Assembly: GCA_021159015.1 (NCBI GenBank) | Contig: JAGGSQ010000042.1 | Span: 557-64,556, forward strand | Direction of reading: 5' to 3' | Origin: Candidatus Omnitrophota bacterium | GTDB lineage: Bacteria > Omnitrophota > Gorgyraeia > Duberdicusellales > Duberdicusellaceae | DNA: 64,000 bases | Part shown: positions 1-9,698 of the stretch, one piece after another | How positions within the stretch are numbered: the first letter of the stretch is position 1 | How the letters are laid out: each line of letters opens with the position of its first letter | Program-made: the position numbers and the translations under genes | The notes under the pieces: model-generated | Seen by the model: only the letters and a program-made list of their open reading frames with translations | Databases searched by the model: none | What the model was told of the DNA's origin: nothing

Positions 1-548
1 ACCTTTCCAGCAGAAGCCTCTGCCTTGAAATATTCCCTTGGCTGGTTCAGGCCACGCAGACGGCAGAAAAAACCTCCCCAAATAGTACGGCAGTAAGCAT
101 TAAAACGCTTTACTGCTTCATTATAACGCATACGCTCTACCGCAATTCTGTTTTCCGCACCCTCCAGCTGTGCTTGTAAACCTAAAAAGTTTTGGTTGGC
201 TTTAAGCTGGGGATAATTTTCACTAATAACCATAAGCTTGGATAAGGCAGCAGTAATCTGATTGGCTGTTTTTATTTTATCGGTTATACCGGCAGACTTT
301 GCCCACTGGCTCCTGAGGCGGGTTATCTCCATAAGTGTCTGATTTTCATGCTTTGCGTAGCCTTTTACGGTACTGACCAGATTCGGTATAAGGTCATTGC
401 GTCTTTGCAGCTGATTTTCCACTTGTGCCCAGGCATTATTAACTTCTTCGTCTAAGACTACCGGCACATTAATATTTTTTATGAACCATCCTCCTCCCAA
501 AACTATAACTGCCGCCACAATTAAGAATAGCCCCCATCCTTTACTCAT
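1..548 (-). CDS. LemA family protein (3' end runs off window start)
   Basis: Reverse-complement translation from ATG at 546-548 gives MSKGWGLFLIVAAVIVLGGGWF...NAWAQVENQLQRRNDLIPNLV...ENYPQLKANQNFLGLQAQLEG..., a typical LemA N-terminal TM plus conserved core. It was not in the ORF track because it is truncated by the window edge. Confidence 0.75.
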   Translation of the reverse strand, partial: MSKGWGLFLIVAAVIVLGGGWFIKNINVPVVLDEEVNNAWAQVENQLQRRNDLIPNLVSTVKGYAKHENQTLMEITRLRSQWAKSAGITDKIKTANQITAALSKLMVISENYPQLKANQNFLGLQAQLEGAENRIAVERMRYNEAVKRFNAYCRTIWGGFFCRLRGLNQPREYFKAEASAGK

Positions 549-581
549 ATAACCCCCCTCTTGGTTATTTGCTCTCTTTTA

Positions 582-1331
582 CTACCATCCTCCCGAAGCT
601 CCACCGCCACCGGAAAGCCCGCCGCCAAATCCTCCAAAAGAGCCAAAGCCTCCCCCAAAACCTCCTTCTCCTTCTGACCAGAATCCACCTCCTAGAGGAA
701 AAAAGAAAAAAGGGAAGAAAAATCCCCGCCCCATGAATAAAAGAAAGAATAGAAGAACAAAAATCAAGCGCAAAGCCGAAGGCTTATGTTTAACAGAAGA
801 AAGAGGTAGGGGAGTTGAGGAAACTTTCTGAGAAGAAAAATCTAAACTATACTCTCTGGCTACCAGTTTTACTACCTCTATAAACCCCGCAAGCAACCCC
901 TGGGAAAAATCCCCCTGCCGGAAATAAGGAAGGATATTCTGTTCAATTATCTCTTTAGCTAAAACATCAGGAATTGCTCCTTCCAGGCCATAGCCTACTT
1001 CTATTCTTACCTTCCTCTCCCGCAAAGCTACTAATATCAATACGCCGTTGTCTTTGCCTTTTTGCCCCACTCCCCACTGTTCAAATAATTTAACGGCATA
1101 AGTCTCAATATCGTAAGGATAGATTTGAGGAAGAATCGCTACAGCAATCTGGGCGCCGCTTTTCTCTTCCAGCCAACTGGCAGCTAAACTCATTTCTCTT
1201 TTTGCCTCCTCAGACAGGACTCCGGCATAATCGTTTATAAAACCGCTATAAGAAGGAAACTTAGTTGCCCCTAATAACATAGAAGGCAAAAAGCAAACCA
1301 AAGATAAAAGATACCAGCTTAATCTTCTCAT
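582..1331 (-). CDS. TPM-domain protein (YgcG/TLP18.3 family) with signal peptide and Gly-rich C-terminal tail
   Basis: 249 aa. The N-terminus is a signal peptide, followed by a TPM phosphatase-like core (GVLILVALRERKVRIEVGYGLEG) and a C-terminal TM plus G/F-rich tail. TPM genes are classically adjacent to lemA. Confidence 0.75.
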   Translation of the reverse strand: MRRLSWYLLSLVCFLPSMLLGATKFPSYSGFINDYAGVLSEEAKREMSLAASWLEEKSGAQIAVAILPQIYPYDIETYAVKLFEQWGVGQKGKDNGVLILVALRERKVRIEVGYGLEGAIPDVLAKEIIEQNILPYFRQGDFSQGLLAGFIEVVKLVAREYSLDFSSQKVSSTPLPLSSVKHKPSALRLIFVLLFFLLFMGRGFFFPFFFFPLGGGFWSEGEGGFGGGFGSFGGFGGGLSGGGGASGGW

Positions 1332-2095
1332 AGTCTGTCTATAATATAAGCCATCTTCTCTATCTCTTCCAGGTAATCTTTTAAAAATAGTTCTATGTCC
1401 CGGCCGGATATTTTCTCATCATTCTTTTTGTCTCTCAACAAAGCAATAAAAAGCTCTGCCTTTATGCCGAAGACTTCCTCCAGTCTTACTACAACTTTCT
1501 CTTTATGGGCCGGAGGAGTAATATCTTTAAGGCGTAAGAGTGAGCGGAAGACAGGAAAAAGGGAATTAAAGGAGCGCTTTAATATCGCTTCAATTCCCTT
1601 TTTCTTTAGCCCTTTTTCTAAGTAAGTCTGGCGGATACGGATAAGTTTTCCCTTTAATTGCTCCTCGCAAAAAAGCCGTAGATATTTCTGGTCTATAACA
1701 ATTCCTGAGAAGATATCCTCTCCATATAAAAGCAGGTAGTTATCTTTTATCTCTAAGAACTCTATGGGAAAAGTATCTTTAGAAGTATCAATATGCGCAC
1801 GACTTAAGATAAGAGGAGCAGAAATATTCTTCCTGCGTCCTCCCGCTATCAGTTTAAGATTTTTCTTTAAATCCTCCAGCCTCACCCTCTTAAATACCGC
1901 CAAAATATTAATATCGGATACCCCCGCAACAAAGTCTTCTCCCGTAGCACTTCCGTAAAGCATTAAAGACAAGAGGTTGTCCGCGTTGAGGCGGATAAAA
2001 TTTTCTAGATAAGGTCGAAGCACTTTCTTCACCACAGGATTTAACTTCTCCAAGTTCGTAATATTATCCATTACGCCTCCTCTTTGTAAACTCAT
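1328..2095 (-). CDS. nucleotidyltransferase-domain protein (pol-beta superfamily, variant GS...DxN motif)
   Basis: 255 aa. The motif LYGSATGEDFVAGVSDINILAV fits hG[GS]-x11-D-h-[DE], but the second acidic residue is replaced by N. The C-terminal ~150 aa are helical. A 4-nt overlap with the downstream TPM gene suggests an operon with TPM and lemA. The true start may be the internal Met at 2071. Confidence 0.5.
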   Translation of the reverse strand: MSLQRGGVMDNITNLEKLNPVVKKVLRPYLENFIRLNADNLLSLMLYGSATGEDFVAGVSDINILAVFKRVRLEDLKKNLKLIAGGRRKNISAPLILSRAHIDTSKDTFPIEFLEIKDNYLLLYGEDIFSGIVIDQKYLRLFCEEQLKGKLIRIRQTYLEKGLKKKGIEAILKRSFNSLFPVFRSLLRLKDITPPAHKEKVVVRLEEVFGIKAELFIALLRDKKNDEKISGRDIELFLKDYLEEIEKMAYIIDRL

Positions 2096-2183
2096 TCTAT
2101 CAAAACCGCTCTTGTCTTACAACCCAAGAACTCACCTTGCCTTTTATGTCTTCTAGAACAATATAAAGAATTGTCTTAACCTC

Positions 2184-2203
2184 TGTCCACCGACAGGTGG
2201 ACA
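2184..2203. promoter_or_regulatory. perfect 20-bp palindrome TGTCCACCGACAGGTGGACA, ~90 bp upstream of the NTase-TPM-lemA unit
   Basis: Read directly in the sequence. It is an 8-bp stem with a 4-nt loop, or a dyad operator. On the plus strand it is followed by A6 and on the minus strand it is preceded by T5, so it is not a canonical intrinsic terminator for either direction. Confidence 0.3.
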
Positions 2204-2227
2204 AAAAAGGGTTAATAAAGAAGGGCT

Positions 2228-2686
2228 CTATTCTTTGACTACGAGGACAGGACAGGGAGCCTCGCGGAAGATTCTTTCTTCTTCGTCGTAGAATGAGTCT
2301 TTGCGGCTTAGGGCTTCCTCTAATTCCCCCATCACCAACAAATCAGCCCCAAGCTCTTGCGCCTTTTTCACTACTTCCTCATGTACTATGCCCCGCAAAA
2401 GATAAGTACTTACCTTAATATTCCTTTTAGCCGCCTGTTTCTCTAAAAACCTAAGAAATTTTTTTCCATCATTTATCAGGTCCTGTTCATATTCCTGCTC
2501 TTCCTTCTCCACAAAAACCTTGGCTTTAGTAAGCTCTGCCAAAGTCTTCTCATCTACTACATAAACCCCCGATAGCTCCCCTCCCGTAAGCTCAGCCAGA
2601 GACAAAGCATAACGCAGGGCTAAAAATGACTCTTCACTGCCATTAAGATAAAGAAGGATTTTCCTAAACTCAGGCTCATTTGCCAT
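2228..2686 (-). CDS. universal stress protein (UspA family)
   Basis: 152 aa. It shows the Usp fold signatures: VVDEKTLAE, GADLLVMG and a C-terminal PCPVLVV. It lies directly downstream of V-ATPase subunit D with a 1-nt gap. Confidence 0.75.
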   Translation of the reverse strand: MANEPEFRKILLYLNGSEESFLALRYALSLAELTGGELSGVYVVDEKTLAELTKAKVFVEKEEQEYEQDLINDGKKFLRFLEKQAAKRNIKVSTYLLRGIVHEEVVKKAQELGADLLVMGELEEALSRKDSFYDEEERIFREAPCPVLVVKE

Positions 2687-2687
2687 T

Positions 2688-3311
2688 TTATTCCCCCCTC
2701 ATTTTCTTTTTAATGAGTTTCTGAATGAAAAAACTCTCCCTTTCCTGCTCCTGCAAGAAAGCTTCTATATAGGAAATTGTTTCTCCGTAATCGGGCAAAT
2801 ATATTTTCTCTAAAGCATTTACCCGCCGCATAGTTTTTTTCACTTCTCGTGCCAGACGTAAAATGCTTACACGGTACTGAGCATATAAAGCTAGGTGATT
2901 TAAGCACTCTCTAAACTTGGCCATTGCCTCATCTACAGCCAGGCTTATTCTATAAGGGAAATAGAAAGGGGCAGTAGCAGACGAAGATATATTTAGGCGC
3001 GGCAAATCAACTCCCATTACTTTGTGAGAACCGATATTCACCTCATATCTTATATTAGAAGCACAAGCCAATTCTCCTAAAGACAACCGGCCCTCTTTAA
3101 CAATTGCTTGCTGCAGAGCACCATAGGCAGCTTCTAGAGCTTGGCCGAATTCACTTTCGGCCTTTTTAGCTCTTTCTTTCAAATTAAGCAGCTCGGCAAT
3201 AAGTATTTCTCTTTTATCTTCTAAGAGGCTGTGGCCTTCGGAAGCAAAAGCAAAGTTTCTTTTAGTTTTTAATAAATTAGTTTTAGTAGGCGCCAGCTTA
3301 TACTTAGCCAT
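2688..3311 (-). CDS. atpD: V-type ATP synthase subunit D
   Basis: 207 aa with the N-terminus MAKYKLAPTKTNLLKTKRNFAFASEGHSLLEDKREIL typical of the V/A-ATPase D (rotor stalk) subunit. Its ATG lies 2 nt after the atpB terminal TAA. Confidence 0.9.
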   Translation of the reverse strand: MAKYKLAPTKTNLLKTKRNFAFASEGHSLLEDKREILIAELLNLKERAKKAESEFGQALEAAYGALQQAIVKEGRLSLGELACASNIRYEVNIGSHKVMGVDLPRLNISSSATAPFYFPYRISLAVDEAMAKFRECLNHLALYAQYRVSILRLAREVKKTMRRVNALEKIYLPDYGETISYIEAFLQEQERESFFIQKLIKKKMRGE

Positions 3312-3313
3312 AA

Positions 3314-3508
3314 TTATCGGCCATAATATTTCTCTATTTCCTCTCCCGTTATGCGATGCAGCTCTTCTTTAGGCAGGATGGACAAGACTCTCCAGCCTAA
3401 ATCAAGACTTTCATAAATACCTCTTTCTTCTTCATAATCCTGAGAAAGAAACTTTTTCTCAAAAGCCTCACCAAATTTAAGGTAAATATGATCTAAGGGA
3501 GTTAGCTC
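3314..3508 (-). other. atpB: in-frame continuation of atpB (C-terminal 64 codons plus TAA), separated from the main ORF by the TAA at 3509-3511
   Basis: Same reading frame as 3509..4696, no other stop, and it ends TAA at 3314-3316 immediately before the atpD ATG. The translated content matches the conserved B-subunit tail. Confidence 0.7.
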
Positions 3509-4696
3509 TTATTCTCCAATTACCGACGCCAGTGCCCGCACGTCTTTAGTTTGAGAATAGGCAGCAAAGAGCTGGCTGGCCAGATGGGGATGGTCAGAGC
3601 GGGTTTTACCTTCTCCTACATTGTCTTTCATTAAGCGTGAGAGAGAAGGAAGTCCCGCAATAGGAGGATAAACTCCTTTTTGAGCCAGTTCTCTTTCCAG
3701 AACAATCTGCCCCTCCGTAATATAGCCGGTTAAATCCGGCACGGGATGCGTAATGTCATCATTGGGCATAGTAAGGATAGGAAGTTGAGTGATAGAGCCC
3801 GTAGCACTAGCTACCAGGCCGGCTCTTTCGTATAAGGAAGCCAGGTCACTATAGAGATAGCCCGGATATCCTTTGCGCGCGGGAACTTCTCCCCGCAGGG
3901 TAGAGACCTCTCTCAAAGCCTCGCAATAATTGCTCATATCTGTCATAATCACCAAAACATGATAATTCTTACGGAAAGCTAAAAACTCTGCCAAAGTAAG
4001 AGCGGAACGCGGCGTAGCCAGGCGTTCAATGGAAGGGGCATCGGCCAGGCTTAAAAAAATGGCTACCCTCTCCAGAACGCCGCTCTGGCGGAAATTGTCA
4101 ATAAAAAAGCGGGCCGTATCATATTTTATGCCCATAGCGGCAAACACCACGCAAAAGTTAGAATCTTCATCTACGATTTTTGCCTGACGCACAATCTGCG
4201 CGGCCAGGCGGTCGTGAGGAAGACCGGCGCCGGAGAAAATGGGCAATTTTTGCCCTCTTACCAAAGTATTCATAACATCAATGGCAGAAATCCCTGTCTG
4301 GATAAACTTCTCCGGATAGGTACGCGCTGTAGGGTTAATAGCTAAGCCGGAAACATCTCTCCGTTCCTCTTCCTTACCTAAGCCAAAACCATCCTGAGGA
4401 CGGCCCAGCCCGTCAAAGATTCTTCCCAGCATCTCTTCCGAAACTCCTAAATCTAAAGGCCTCTCCTTAAAAATCAGACGAGAGGACTTAAGACCTAAAT
4501 TGGCTGTACCTTCAAAAACTTGTACTACAGCTGCACCTTTTTCTACTTCTAAAGTTATGCCTAGACGCCTGTGGCCTTCCTCGTCAATTACTTCCACCAG
4601 CTCGTTATAGCCAACATCGTGGATATTTTTAATAAAAACCAACGGGCCTACTATCTCATTTAGGCCACGATATTCCTTCTCACCTCTAACGCTCAT
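3509..4696 (-). CDS. atpB: V-type ATP synthase subunit B (non-catalytic); ORF ends at an in-frame TAA and the conserved C-terminus continues in frame to 3314
   Basis: 395 aa ORF, homologous throughout to V/A-ATPase B. It stops after ASVIGE. The next 64 codons in the same frame (ELTPLDHIYLKFGEAFEKKFLSQDYEEERGIYESLDLGWRVLSILPKEELHRITGEEIEKYYGR) are the canonical B-subunit C-terminus. Confidence 0.85.
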   Translation of the reverse strand: MSVRGEKEYRGLNEIVGPLVFIKNIHDVGYNELVEVIDEEGHRRLGITLEVEKGAAVVQVFEGTANLGLKSSRLIFKERPLDLGVSEEMLGRIFDGLGRPQDGFGLGKEEERRDVSGLAINPTARTYPEKFIQTGISAIDVMNTLVRGQKLPIFSGAGLPHDRLAAQIVRQAKIVDEDSNFCVVFAAMGIKYDTARFFIDNFRQSGVLERVAIFLSLADAPSIERLATPRSALTLAEFLAFRKNYHVLVIMTDMSNYCEALREVSTLRGEVPARKGYPGYLYSDLASLYERAGLVASATGSITQLPILTMPNDDITHPVPDLTGYITEGQIVLERELAQKGVYPPIAGLPSLSRLMKDNVGEGKTRSDHPHLASQLFAAYSQTKDVRALASVIGE

Positions 4697-6453
4697 TCTG
4701 CTAGTTCTTTTATTTCTTCTTTCATCTCTTCATATATTTCATCTAGCCTTCCCAAGTCCTCATTGGCGACAGAAAATTTCATGCGAGTTATCTTGCGATA
4801 AGCCGCTATCTTCTTCAGAAACACTAGCGGTACCCCCGCGCGTATTGCCTCTAGACCCCGACGATAGAATTCTACTATTATCTTAAGCATTTTAAACTGT
4901 TTGAGAGCGGGGGTGTAAGTATCTATCTTATCAAAAGCATTCTGCTGCAGAAAGGCAGTCTTGAACAAAAGTGCCGTCTCTAGAATAAGCTTCTGAGTAT
5001 CAGGCAGAACATCCGGCCCTACCAGTTTTACCACACTTTGAAGTCTGGCTTCCTTCTGCATCAATTCCATAATACTATTGCGATAGTCCAACCATTCTTT
5101 GCTGATATTTTCTGCATACCACGCTGCAATATCAGCGATATATTCCGAATAACTCTCCATCCAACTGATAGAGGGATAATGACGGGCATTAGCCAAATCT
5201 CTATCTAAAGCCCAGAAGGTGCGGATAAAACGTTTGGTATGTTGAGTTACGGGCTCTGAGAAATCCCCTCCGGGAGGCGAAACAGAACCAATAATTGTAA
5301 CCGAAGCCTCCCTTCCGGAAAGAGTCTTAACCATTCCCGCCCGCTCGTAAAATTCTGCTAAGCGTGTAGGCAGGTAGGCGGGAAACCCCTCATCAGCCGG
5401 CATTTCCTCCATTCTCCCGGAAAGCTCCCGCAACGCTTCGGCCCAGCGCGAGGTAGAATCAGCCATAACTGCTACATTGTATCCCATATCACGAAAATAT
5501 TCCGCAATGGTAATTCCGGTATAGATAGATGCCTCGCGCGCCGCTACCGGCATATTGGAAGTATTGGCAATAAACACAGTGCGCTCCGTAAGGGGGCGGC
5601 CGCTGCGGGGATCTATAAGTTTAGGAAAGCTCATTAGTACATCGGTCATCTCATTGCCTCTCTCGCCGCAGCCAATAAAAACTACAATATCCGCATCAGA
5701 CCATTTAGCCAATTGATGCTGAATCATAGTTTTACCCGTACCAAAACCGCCGGGAACCGCTACACACCCTCCTTTAGCTACGGGGAAAAGTATATCAATC
5801 ACACGCTGGCCGGTAATTAAAGGATATTTTAAGGCCAGCCGCTGGCGGTAAGGACGTCTTATGCGTACCGGCCAGCGCTGAAACATAAAAAGAGGAATCT
5901 CTCTATTTTCTTCCTTCAACACGGCTATGGTATCATCTAAAGTATAGTCTCCTTCGGAAACAATTTTTACTACTTCCCCCTCTACTTGCGGTGGCACAAG
6001 AATGCGATGTTCCACCAGCCCTGTCTCAGGCACTCTGCCGATTATCTCTCCTCCTCTTACTCTTTTGCCGCAAGAAACCTCCGGTATAAAGTGCCACTTC
6101 TTTTTGCGTACCAAGGCAGGAAAATGGACGCCTCTTTTTATATATTCTCCCTCTTTTTCTCTTATTAAATCCAGAGGCCTTTGCACCCCGTCATAAATAG
6201 TACTTACTAACCCGGGACCTAATTCTACCGAAAGAGGCATACCTGAACCATAAACTACAGCGTCCGGACGCAGGGAAGTAGTATCTTCATAAACCTGGAT
6301 TACCGCTCTATCTTCCTCCAAGTGCACCACCTCACCAATGAGGCGTTCGTTACCTACCTCTACTAACTCAAACATTTTGGCGGCCTGCATCTGGTAGCAT
6401 TCTACTACCGGCCCGCTCACTCTCCTTACTCTGCCAACAATATTAAGCTCCAT
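4693..6453 (-). CDS. atpA: V-type ATP synthase catalytic subunit A
   Basis: 586 aa with Walker A (PGGFGTGKT) and the non-homologous region typical of V/A-type A subunits. No intein is present. Its TGA stop overlaps the atpB ATG (ATGA). Confidence 0.95.
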   Translation of the reverse strand: MELNIVGRVRRVSGPVVECYQMQAAKMFELVEVGNERLIGEVVHLEEDRAVIQVYEDTTSLRPDAVVYGSGMPLSVELGPGLVSTIYDGVQRPLDLIREKEGEYIKRGVHFPALVRKKKWHFIPEVSCGKRVRGGEIIGRVPETGLVEHRILVPPQVEGEVVKIVSEGDYTLDDTIAVLKEENREIPLFMFQRWPVRIRRPYRQRLALKYPLITGQRVIDILFPVAKGGCVAVPGGFGTGKTMIQHQLAKWSDADIVVFIGCGERGNEMTDVLMSFPKLIDPRSGRPLTERTVFIANTSNMPVAAREASIYTGITIAEYFRDMGYNVAVMADSTSRWAEALRELSGRMEEMPADEGFPAYLPTRLAEFYERAGMVKTLSGREASVTIIGSVSPPGGDFSEPVTQHTKRFIRTFWALDRDLANARHYPSISWMESYSEYIADIAAWYAENISKEWLDYRNSIMELMQKEARLQSVVKLVGPDVLPDTQKLILETALLFKTAFLQQNAFDKIDTYTPALKQFKMLKIIVEFYRRGLEAIRAGVPLVFLKKIAAYRKITRMKFSVANEDLGRLDEIYEEMKEEIKELAE

Positions 6454-7075
6454 AGAGTCTCTCGTAGACTATCTTTCTTATTTCGTTATAGGCCCGCCTC
6501 TGGCGTTGAGAGAAAGTATTATCAAATAAAACCCTTCCTTCTTTCTCTTCTACCACAGCTCCTAAATCTGAATAAACATCAGAAAAAACCACCTCTATCT
6601 CTTTCAAAAAAGAAAAAGACTGCCTTAAAAATTCCTCTAGCTCCGTTTTAAACTCCTCGCCCAGAGCTTCTTTCTCATAAGAGGAAACAATCACTCTTAT
6701 TCTCTCCTGGCCTAAAACCTCCACGCCTTCTTTAGCCAGCTGCTTAAGAGTGTCGCGGTAAAGAGGCCCGTGGCGGAAATTTTCTTTTTCCTCTTCTAAA
6801 GAAACCAGAACCTCCCTAAATACCTCTTCAAAACTAGATAGTCTAGCCCTTTTCTCCGCCAGTCTTAGATAAGATAAAACGCTTTTTTCTTTCTCCTGCC
6901 TGAGCTTATCTATTTTTTTTTGAAAGAGCTCTTCTTTTTCTTTGAGTTTTTCTTCTGCCCCTTTGAGTATAGACTCTGCCTTTTGCCGGGCCGCTTCCAC
7001 TATCTCCTCTGCTTCTTTCTTAGCAGCAGTTTCAATCTGGCGGCAGATTACTTCAACACTATTCTCACTGCTCAT
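6443..7075 (-). CDS. atpE: V-type ATP synthase subunit E
   Basis: 210 aa, E/K-rich with a coiled-coil N-terminus, in the position between F and A. Overlaps atpA by 11 nt. Confidence 0.75.
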   Translation of the reverse strand: MSSENSVEVICRQIETAAKKEAEEIVEAARQKAESILKGAEEKLKEKEELFQKKIDKLRQEKEKSVLSYLRLAEKRARLSSFEEVFREVLVSLEEEKENFRHGPLYRDTLKQLAKEGVEVLGQERIRVIVSSYEKEALGEEFKTELEEFLRQSFSFLKEIEVVFSDVYSDLGAVVEEKEGRVLFDNTFSQRQRRAYNEIRKIVYERLYGA

Positions 7076-7087
7076 ATTTCTTTCTCT

Positions 7088-7393
7088 CTATACTGATATC
7101 CCAATACTATCCTTTATCAATTCATCTATATTCTTTCTCTTTCTCTCTTTCCCCCTAAAAGACCTAATTTCCACCACAATAGGAAACCTGCCACTATAGA
7201 GGTGAATATTTATCTCCTCCCGCACCACCTCTGCCAACTCCTCGCTAATTAATAAGATTCCCACATCTTTAAGTAAAAGCGAGGAGGGGAAAAGATTCTT
7301 TATATCTTCCCTATTTTTCACTTCATATACCTCTACTCCTGCAAGCTTAAATCCTAAAGCTGTATCTCTATCCAGTAAAGCGTAAATTCTCAT
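7088..7393 (-). CDS. atpF: V-type ATP synthase subunit F
   Basis: 101 aa. MRIYALLDRDTALGFKLAGVEVYEV is typical of V-ATPase F. Confidence 0.8.
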   Translation of the reverse strand: MRIYALLDRDTALGFKLAGVEVYEVKNREDIKNLFPSSLLLKDVGILLISEELAEVVREEINIHLYSGRFPIVVEIRSFRGKERKRKNIDELIKDSIGISV

Positions 7394-7734
7394 TAAATCC
7401 GGCCGAGAATCATTATAGAAATAATTAAACCGTAAATGGCAATCCCTTCCGCCAATCCTACAAAAACTAAAACCTTGCCTGTAATCTCCGGCTTCTCGCT
7501 AATTGCCCCTACCGCAGCCGAGCCCACATAACTCACGGCAATTCCTGCCGCTAAAGAACTCAAGCCCGTAGCAATAGAAGCCGCCAAAAATCCCCACTTA
7601 ACTATGCTGCTATCTACTCCTCCTGCCGCGGCGGCCAGGCTCTTATGGGCAATAAAAATAAGACCCGCCAAAAAAGCCGGCAAAAAAGCTGCCCAAAACA
7701 TTTGTTGCTTCGTGACTCTTTTCTTCTTAGCCAT
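7393..7734 (-). CDS. atpK: V-type ATP synthase subunit K (proteolipid c-ring subunit)
   Basis: 113 aa hairpin proteolipid with Gly-rich helices and a conserved carboxylate in GLAEGIAIYGL. Confidence 0.85.
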   Translation of the reverse strand: MAKKKRVTKQQMFWAAFLPAFLAGLIFIAHKSLAAAAGGVDSSIVKWGFLAASIATGLSSLAAGIAVSYVGSAAVGAISEKPEITGKVLVFVGLAEGIAIYGLIISIMILGRI

Positions 7735-7757
7735 ACTGCCTCCTTCTTTTTAAACAC

Positions 7758-9698
7758 TCAAGATTCCTCTACCCTTAAGGGTTTGAATTCTTCTCCCTGG
7801 CGGTTAAAAAAACGAGAGAAAAACTCGTAATATTCAAGTCTTAGTACCTGGATAGTAACTACCAGTCCTTCTAAGAAAATTATAAATATATTGCCGAAGA
7901 CTATTACTAATCCTGAGCCCCAACTATTGCCGGAAGCCTTTCTTATTATATCAGCCAAGCTAAATATTGCAACGAAGAGGCCGATATGGGCTAAAGAAAA
8001 GGCGGCTATGCGGATAAAAGATAGCGTGTTAGTCAAATACCCCAAGAATATCTCAAATATCTCCATTAATTTTTCAAAAATATAAGCCAGAGCAGATTTT
8101 TTCTCTTTTTCTTCCTCACCGCCTTTCTGTATTAAAAACCTCTCGCCTAAAAAAACCATCAAACTCAAGAACAAAATTATGCCACAAGCATCAAAGAAAG
8201 GATTCCTCAAGCCTGCTATGAATCTAACTACTACCCCTAAAGAAGCCCAATAAATTACACCCGAAATTAATCCGGCTTTGTCAAAAAACAAACGGCGGTA
8301 ATCTCTAAATCTTAAATTATTAATTATGTTAATTATTATTCCGCCGGAAATAACCAGTACCCCAAAAGCAACCGTAAGTTTAAAAAGATAGCTTATGTTT
8401 TTAAGAGGCCTAAGCCAGAAAGCCGGTAGCACATTCTCAAAGCCAAAAAAGCTTCCGTAAAATAGGCCAAAAACTGCTGCCGCCATACCGGCTAAACTAA
8501 TAATAACACCGCTCTTTTTTATAATTTCCTTTTTCTGACGCCGCAGTAATAAGCCAGCCAACAGCAGCACTATACCCTGACCTAAATCGCCAAACATCGC
8601 TCCGAACATAAGCACAAACAACACTGCTACAATTAGCGTGGGGTCAATCATACCATAAGCAGGCACACCGTATATTTTTACCAAATTTTCAAACGGCGAT
8701 AAGAAAAAGGGGTGGGAAAACAATACCGGCACCCTCAGGCGCCCTTTCTTTACCAAAGAAATATCAGAAGCAGGGAGGCTTTCATAAAACAATCTCTGCC
8801 CGCAAATTCTCTCAAGAGCCACTCGCAATATCCTTTCCTTTTTCTCCGCTACCCAGCCAGAGATAAAATAGACATAATCGCTATGCGAGAAATACTCTCG
8901 CGCCTGCCAGAAAGCCTGCCATTTTTTCACAGAGAAAAAAACTGCTCTCATCTCAACCTCTATTTCTCGGCGCCAAGCCTCTATTTTCTCCTGCTCTTGT
9001 CTTAGTTTTTCCTCCAGATGCCTAATCTCTGATTCTATCTCCTGCTTCAATAAAGAAGTATCCTTAGGAGGGGTTTTTATTCTATTTAGTGCATACTTAT
9101 TAACGAGAGTATCTAGAAATTCTTGGTCTTTCTTCATTATTACCAATACAAAGCGTACTATTTCCCCATCTTGAAAATAAGGAACCAAAAGATGAATCAA
9201 AGAGGAAATTTCACGTTGAAAATTCTCCCAGTATCTGGCCTTTATTTCATATAAAGATATGTATATATAGGAATAACGGCGCGCCAGATTCATTTCCCAG
9301 CTGGGAAGCATTTTTATCTCGGTATAAATTTCCTCTTTTTCTTTCTTAAGACGCTCTATGCGTTCCTTCTCTAAAAGAAGCGGCCCTGACTTTTCCTCCC
9401 AAAAAACAACTTTTTTCTCTATCTGGGCCATATCTATATCCCTAAGCGCCTTGCCTTGAGGAGGCAGAAGCCTAATTTCTAATCTCTCAGCCAGACCTTC
9501 AATTCTCCTCTTTAGCTCGGCACATTTTTCTCTTTCGGCTGCGGTTGGCTCTTTATGAAGAAGAGATAAATCTTGGCTCACTTCTTTTATATCTAGAAGC
9601 TGAATTAGACCCAGTTTTACTAAAGAATCAGTAACTTTATCTATATCCTCTTTCAGAACCATCATATTTACTTCCCGCATGGGGACAAAATTCAGCAT
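7758..9698 (-). CDS. atpI: V-type ATP synthase subunit I (a-subunit, stator/proton channel)
   Basis: 646 aa with an N-terminal soluble coiled-coil half and a C-terminal multi-TM half that includes the conserved Arg-containing helix (LSFIRIAAFSLAH). Confidence 0.85.
   Translation of the reverse strand: MLNFVPMREVNMMVLKEDIDKVTDSLVKLGLIQLLDIKEVSQDLSLLHKEPTAAEREKCAELKRRIEGLAERLEIRLLPPQGKALRDIDMAQIEKKVVFWEEKSGPLLLEKERIERLKKEKEEIYTEIKMLPSWEMNLARRYSYIYISLYEIKARYWENFQREISSLIHLLVPYFQDGEIVRFVLVIMKKDQEFLDTLVNKYALNRIKTPPKDTSLLKQEIESEIRHLEEKLRQEQEKIEAWRREIEVEMRAVFFSVKKWQAFWQAREYFSHSDYVYFISGWVAEKKERILRVALERICGQRLFYESLPASDISLVKKGRLRVPVLFSHPFFLSPFENLVKIYGVPAYGMIDPTLIVAVLFVLMFGAMFGDLGQGIVLLLAGLLLRRQKKEIIKKSGVIISLAGMAAAVFGLFYGSFFGFENVLPAFWLRPLKNISYLFKLTVAFGVLVISGGIIINIINNLRFRDYRRLFFDKAGLISGVIYWASLGVVVRFIAGLRNPFFDACGIILFLSLMVFLGERFLIQKGGEEEKEKKSALAYIFEKLMEIFEIFLGYLTNTLSFIRIAAFSLAHIGLFVAIFSLADIIRKASGNSWGSGLVIVFGNIFIIFLEGLVVTIQVLRLEYYEFFSRFFNRQGEEFKPLRVEES

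Noticed and set aside
2184-2203. The 20-bp palindrome as an intrinsic terminator for usp
   Set aside because: On the transcribed (minus) strand the T-run precedes rather than follows the hairpin, and on the plus strand it is followed by A6. That is the wrong polarity for a rho-independent terminator in either direction, so it was kept only as a possible operator or dyad.
3509-3511. The TAA in atpB as evidence of genome-wide stop-codon reassignment
   Set aside because: TAA clearly terminates other well-defined genes here (atpD at 2688-2690, the giant tpsA at 31267-31269, the metallophosphoesterase at 56809-56811), so a recoded genetic code is not supported. A local mutation or sequencing error is more likely.
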